Assembly (NCBI GenBank): GCA_964368805.1
Contig: CAYJDE010000001.1
Span: forward strand, 1 to 56,618
Length of the DNA: 56,618 nucleotides
From: an uncultured Desulfovibrionaceae bacterium
GTDB taxonomy: Bacteria > Desulfobacterota > Desulfovibrionia > Desulfovibrionales > Desulfovibrionaceae
Reading direction: 5' to 3'
In this document: positions 53,562-56,618 of the stretch, piece after piece
How the letters are laid out: the number at the start of each line of letters is the position of its first letter
Position numbering within the stretch: position 1 is the first letter of the stretch
The notes under the pieces: model-generated
What the model was told of the DNA's origin: nothing
Seen by the model: the letters and a program-made list of their open reading frames with translations, nothing else
The model's database searches: none
Translations under genes and position numbers: made by a program

Positions 53562-56500
53562 TTAAAAAATCTTTTTACTTTGTATACGTAAGCGCAAAGC
53601 ATTACCCACCACCGTAAGAGAACTTAAACTCATACTGGCTGCCGCCAACATGGGATTAAGCGTTAAACCAAAAGCGGTATAAAACACGCCGGCCGCCACG
53701 GGAATAAGAATACTATTATAAGCAAAAGCCCAAAAGAGGTTTTGTTTGATGGTACGCATGACAGCTTTGCTTAATACCAAAGCTTGCGCCACATGCCTGA
53801 CATCGCTTTGCATCAGTACAATATCAGAAGATTGCAAAGCAATGTCTGTGCCCTGCCCCACAGCAATACCCACCTGAGCACGAGCCAAAGCAGGGGCATC
53901 GTTAATACCATCGCCCACCATAATTACTTTATGGCCTGCAGCTTGCAATTGTTGTACTTTTTCTTCTTTCTCCTGAGGAAGCACTTCGGCAAGAATATTT
54001 TCTATATCCACTTGCTCTTGTACAGCTTTAGCCGTGAGTGCATTGTCCCCCGTCAACATAAGTATAGTCATACCCAGCTTTTTTAAATCTCTCACAGCTT
54101 CTTTGCTATTTTCTTTCACCGTATCTGCCACAGCAATAAGCCCTAATAAGGTTGTACCCTTAACAAAGTAAAGGACTGTTTTTCCTTGGCGTGCCAACTC
54201 TTTTTCTTTTTCCACTAAAGGATTAGAAATATTTTCCTTGGTAAGTAAACGGGCATTACCGGCTAAAATACGCTTCCCATCTTGTTCTGCCACAATGCCA
54301 AGGCCGGGCATTTGTTTAAAATTTGTATAACTTTCTGCAGGGGCAAGGGCCACATTTTTAGCTTTTGCTTCACGCACAATAGCTTGACCAAGAGGGTGTT
54401 CGGAAAGTTTTTCGATGCTCGCACCAACATATAATAAGGCCTCTTCCGTAATATTTTCCTGAGCTTTATGCCCTACGCCACGGGCACTAGAGATTGCATT
54501 TACCTTAGATGCGCAAGGACCAGCATCTTTTTCGGAAATTTTTTCGTCATCTTGGTCTGAATTCTGCACAGAATCTTGCTGTATAACATCAAGCAAGCCT
54601 AACTGTTGCCCTGTTTCCGTGACAGGCACAGGTTCCTGCTTTATATACGGATAGATATCCGTTACTACAGGCTTGCCATGTGTTAGTGTACCGGTTTTAT
54701 CCAAAACTACAGTATCAATACTTTGCATACGTTCTATGGCTGCGGCAGATTTAAATAAAATGCCGTGTTCTGCGCCCATACCCATGCCCACCATGATGGC
54801 TGTGGGTGTTGCCAGCCCCAAAGCGCAAGGGCAAGAAATAACCAATACAGAAATGGCTGTGGATAAAGCAAATTCAAAATCAGCCCCCAACAGCAACCAC
54901 ACTACCAAGGAAAGTACAGCAATGCCTATAATAATAGGCACAAAAATAGCACTAATACGGTCGGCAAGACGAGCAATGGGGGCCTTGGAGGCGGTGGCCG
55001 ATTCCACAAGCTCAATGATATGCGCTAAAGTACTTTCGGCGCCAGCCTTAGTAACCTGCATATGAAAATATCCCGATTGACAAATGGTGGCACCAATAAC
55101 GGCATCACCTTCATTTTTTTCTTGAGGTAAGCTTTCTCCGGTAATGGCAGAAGTATCAATAAAAGCATGACCTTGAATAATAATGCCATCGGCAGCAAGA
55201 CTTTGTCCTGCATGCACCACAAGCACATCCCCTTTTTGCACTTGCGAAGTGGGAATAACCACTTCTTCACCATCCTTAAGGCGGATGGCAGTAGGCGGGG
55301 TCAGGCGCATTAAGGCATCTATGGCAGATCCGGTACGTTCTCTTGCCATGGATTCAAAATGCTTTCCAAGGCCAATCAATGCTAAAATCATACCAGCAGA
55401 ATCAAAATAAAGGTTGTTGGCAAAATATTGCACCGTAGCCATATCATCTATATTTTGCGCCATATACATGCGAATAAGCGCATATACACCAAATAATGCT
55501 GCCGTGGCTGACCCAAGCCCCACCAAGGAATCCATATTGGGACTAAGCTGAAGTAAGGCTTGAAAGCCGGAAGTAAAAATACGTCTATGGATACAAAGAA
55601 TAATCATGGTAAGCAAACATTGCACCATGGCCCAAGAAAAAGGATGGGTTACCATGTCTAAAAAAAGCGGTAAGGGTAAGGAAAACATGGGAGCCATGGC
55701 CACATACATAAGCACCACAGCAAAACCAAGGGAAGCACAAAGAGAAAGAGGAAGCTTTTGTAAAAAATTCGGTGTTGATATAGCTATGGACTCTTTACCT
55801 TGTTCACCTTCTTCCTTAATACTATCTTTATCAAGTAAGGCCAGTTGTACGGCTGCATCTGCTTCTTTACTCTGCATTTTTTCGGCCGTATAACCAGCCT
55901 TTTCCATGGCTGTGCGTATGTCTGTAGTGGACACCTGCGCTGTATCAAAGCTCACCTGCATGGTTTTACGCAAAACGTTAACTGCCACATGCTCTATGCC
56001 GGATATGGCCAAAAGAAGCTTTTCCACCTTGGCAGAACACGCCGTACAATGCACATTGCCTATGCTAAATTCTTCTTTTTGCAAAGAAGGTTTATTACTA
56101 TCTACAGAAATTTCTTGATTATTTTCTGCACTCTCTTCTTGAGATTGTTCACGTTTTTCTGGTGTGATGCTTGTCGTATGCATGTTTGGAAACATTTCCA
56201 CAAATTTTTCTATTTTTGTGGCCGTATAACCAGCCTTTTCCATGGCTGTGCGTATGTCTGTAGTGGACACCTGCGCTGTATCAAAGCTCACCTGCATGGT
56301 TTTACGCAAAACGTTAACTGCCACATGCTCTATGCCGGATATGGCCAAAAGAAGCTTTTCCACCTTGGCAGAACACGCCGTACAATGCACATTGCCTATG
56401 CTAAATTCTTCTTTTTGCAAAGAAGGTTTATTACTATCTACAGAAATTTCTTGATTATTTTCTGCACTCTCTTCTTGAGATTGTTCATTTTTTTTTGCCG

Positions 56501-56618
56501 TAGTACTGGTTGTATCTCCAAGGGGAGAATCTACTCTTTCCTTTTTTATAGCCTCTGTTACTAGCTGAGGCGTTGTCGCTGCTAGCGAAGGCTGAGCTTC
56601 TTTATTTTTAGGTATTTT
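53562..56618 (-). CDS. copA: Heavy-metal (Cu+/Ag+-type) translocating P1B-type ATPase, 5'-truncated by the window edge. It has at least two identical N-terminal HMA domains.
   Basis: SCPCALGLATP (CPC), DKTGTLT, TGDN, GDGINDAP. Two HMA domains with NVHCTAC. My manual translation shows the reading frame stays open from 56420 to 56618. The ORF-track 'start' at 56420 is an internal TTG (Leu of PSLQKEEF). Confidence 0.9.
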   Translation of the reverse strand, partial: KIPKNKEAQPSLAATTPQLVTEAIKKERVDSPLGDTTSTTAKKNEQSQEESAENNQEISVDSNKPSLQKEEFSIGNVHCTACSAKVEKLLLAISGIEHVAVNVLRKTMQVSFDTAQVSTTDIRTAMEKAGYTATKIEKFVEMFPNMHTTSITPEKREQSQEESAENNQEISVDSNKPSLQKEEFSIGNVHCTACSAKVEKLLLAISGIEHVAVNVLRKTMQVSFDTAQVSTTDIRTAMEKAGYTAEKMQSKEADAAVQLALLDKDSIKEEGEQGKESIAISTPNFLQKLPLSLCASLGFAVVLMYVAMAPMFSLPLPLFLDMVTHPFSWAMVQCLLTMIILCIHRRIFTSGFQALLQLSPNMDSLVGLGSATAALFGVYALIRMYMAQNIDDMATVQYFANNLYFDSAGMILALIGLGKHFESMARERTGSAIDALMRLTPPTAIRLKDGEEVVIPTSQVQKGDVLVVHAGQSLAADGIIIQGHAFIDTSAITGESLPQEKNEGDAVIGATICQSGYFHMQVTKAGAESTLAHIIELVESATASKAPIARLADRISAIFVPIIIGIAVLSLVVWLLLGADFEFALSTAISVLVISCPCALGLATPTAIMVGMGMGAEHGILFKSAAAIERMQSIDTVVLDKTGTLTHGKPVVTDIYPYIKQEPVPVTETGQQLGLLDVIQQDSVQNSDQDDEKISEKDAGPCASKVNAISSARGVGHKAQENITEEALLYVGASIEKLSEHPLGQAIVREAKAKNVALAPAESYTNFKQMPGLGIVAEQDGKRILAGNARLLTKENISNPLVEKEKELARQGKTVLYFVKGTTLLGLIAVADTVKENSKEAVRDLKKLGMTILMLTGDNALTAKAVQEQVDIENILAEVLPQEKEEKVQQLQAAGHKVIMVGDGINDAPALARAQVGIAVGQGTDIALQSSDIVLMQSDVRHVAQALVLSKAVMRTIKQNLFWAFAYNSILIPVAAGVFYTAFGLTLNPMLAAASMSLSSLTVVGNALRLRIQSKKIF
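55884..56151. repeat. 268-bp direct repeat, copy 1 (encodes linker plus HMA domain)
   Basis: Base-for-base identical to 56220-56487 (period 336 bp) by manual comparison. The ORF track shows identical peptides in two antisense frames. Confidence 0.95.
56220..56487. repeat. 268-bp direct repeat, copy 2
   Basis: Identical to 55884-56151. Confidence 0.95.

Noticed and set aside
55845-56564. 239-aa ORF (and the identical 70-aa ORFs at 55906 and 56242) antisense to copA with an internal repeated peptide
   Set aside because: The internal peptide repeat is simply the antisense reading of the 268-bp duplication in copA. The copA frame carries all the P-type ATPase and HMA motifs.
1-56618. tRNA, rRNA, tmRNA, SRP or RNase P RNA genes, and transposase, integrase or prophage genes
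   Set aside because: By eye I found no T-loop (GGTTCGAATCC-like) or other hallmark sequences in intergenic regions, and no ORF with transposase or integrase motifs. Absence should be confirmed with tRNAscan-SE, Infernal and ISEScan.

Overview
This 56.6-kb chromosomal window has moderately low GC and is densely coded, with about 45 supportable CDS. I recognised no rRNA, tRNA, CRISPR array, transposase, integrase or phage genes.

The gene content suggests an anaerobic Desulfovibrionales-like bacterium. That is an inference from gene families, not a computed result. The supporting genes are a small 2x[4Fe-4S] ferredoxin, anaerobic-type cbiA/cbiC, a giant PpsA-like enzyme next to pyc and birA, phoH/7TM-HD/ybeY, and many hybrid histidine kinases.

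Housekeeping blocks:
- ychF
- PpsA-like enzyme, pyc, birA and cca
- phoH, 7TM-HD and ybeY
- hom
- recD2
- cbiA and cbiC
- trpS, ruvX and mltG
- an S2P protease
- ferredoxin, a YkgJ-like protein and a TPR protein
- copA, which runs off the right edge of the window

Accessory or unusual content:
1. A textbook sigma-54 promoter precedes a Ser-rich acidic three-repeat protein. That gene is tightly followed by a membrane-anchored STAND-type P-loop NTPase with a TPR array (18.4-23.0 kb).
2. Three hybrid histidine kinases with no DNA-binding partner in the window. One has no sensor domain and carries a pseudo-receiver plus an Hpt domain. The other two are tandem GAF / Cys4-PAS paralogues.
3. A neighbourhood at 37.6-43.3 kb holding a radical-SAM enzyme with a Cys-rich tail, a TVP38/DedA protein, an FAD disulfide reductase, a secreted protein and a DUF2064::GT2 fusion. 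It resembles the poorly understood rSAM_SeCys/TIGR04282/TIGR04283 neighbourhood but has no arsM.
4. An intergenic REP/REPIN (MITE-like) repeat family with core GAGACCTCTGC(A/G)CAAT. It occurs as four ~82-bp inverted-arm elements plus many singlets.
5. Two perfectly identical 268-bp direct repeats inside copA that duplicate a heavy-metal-binding (HMA) domain.
6. Several operator-like or ncRNA-like intergenic structures.

All calls come from reading the sequence and the ORF track and from remembered family motifs. No searches were run.
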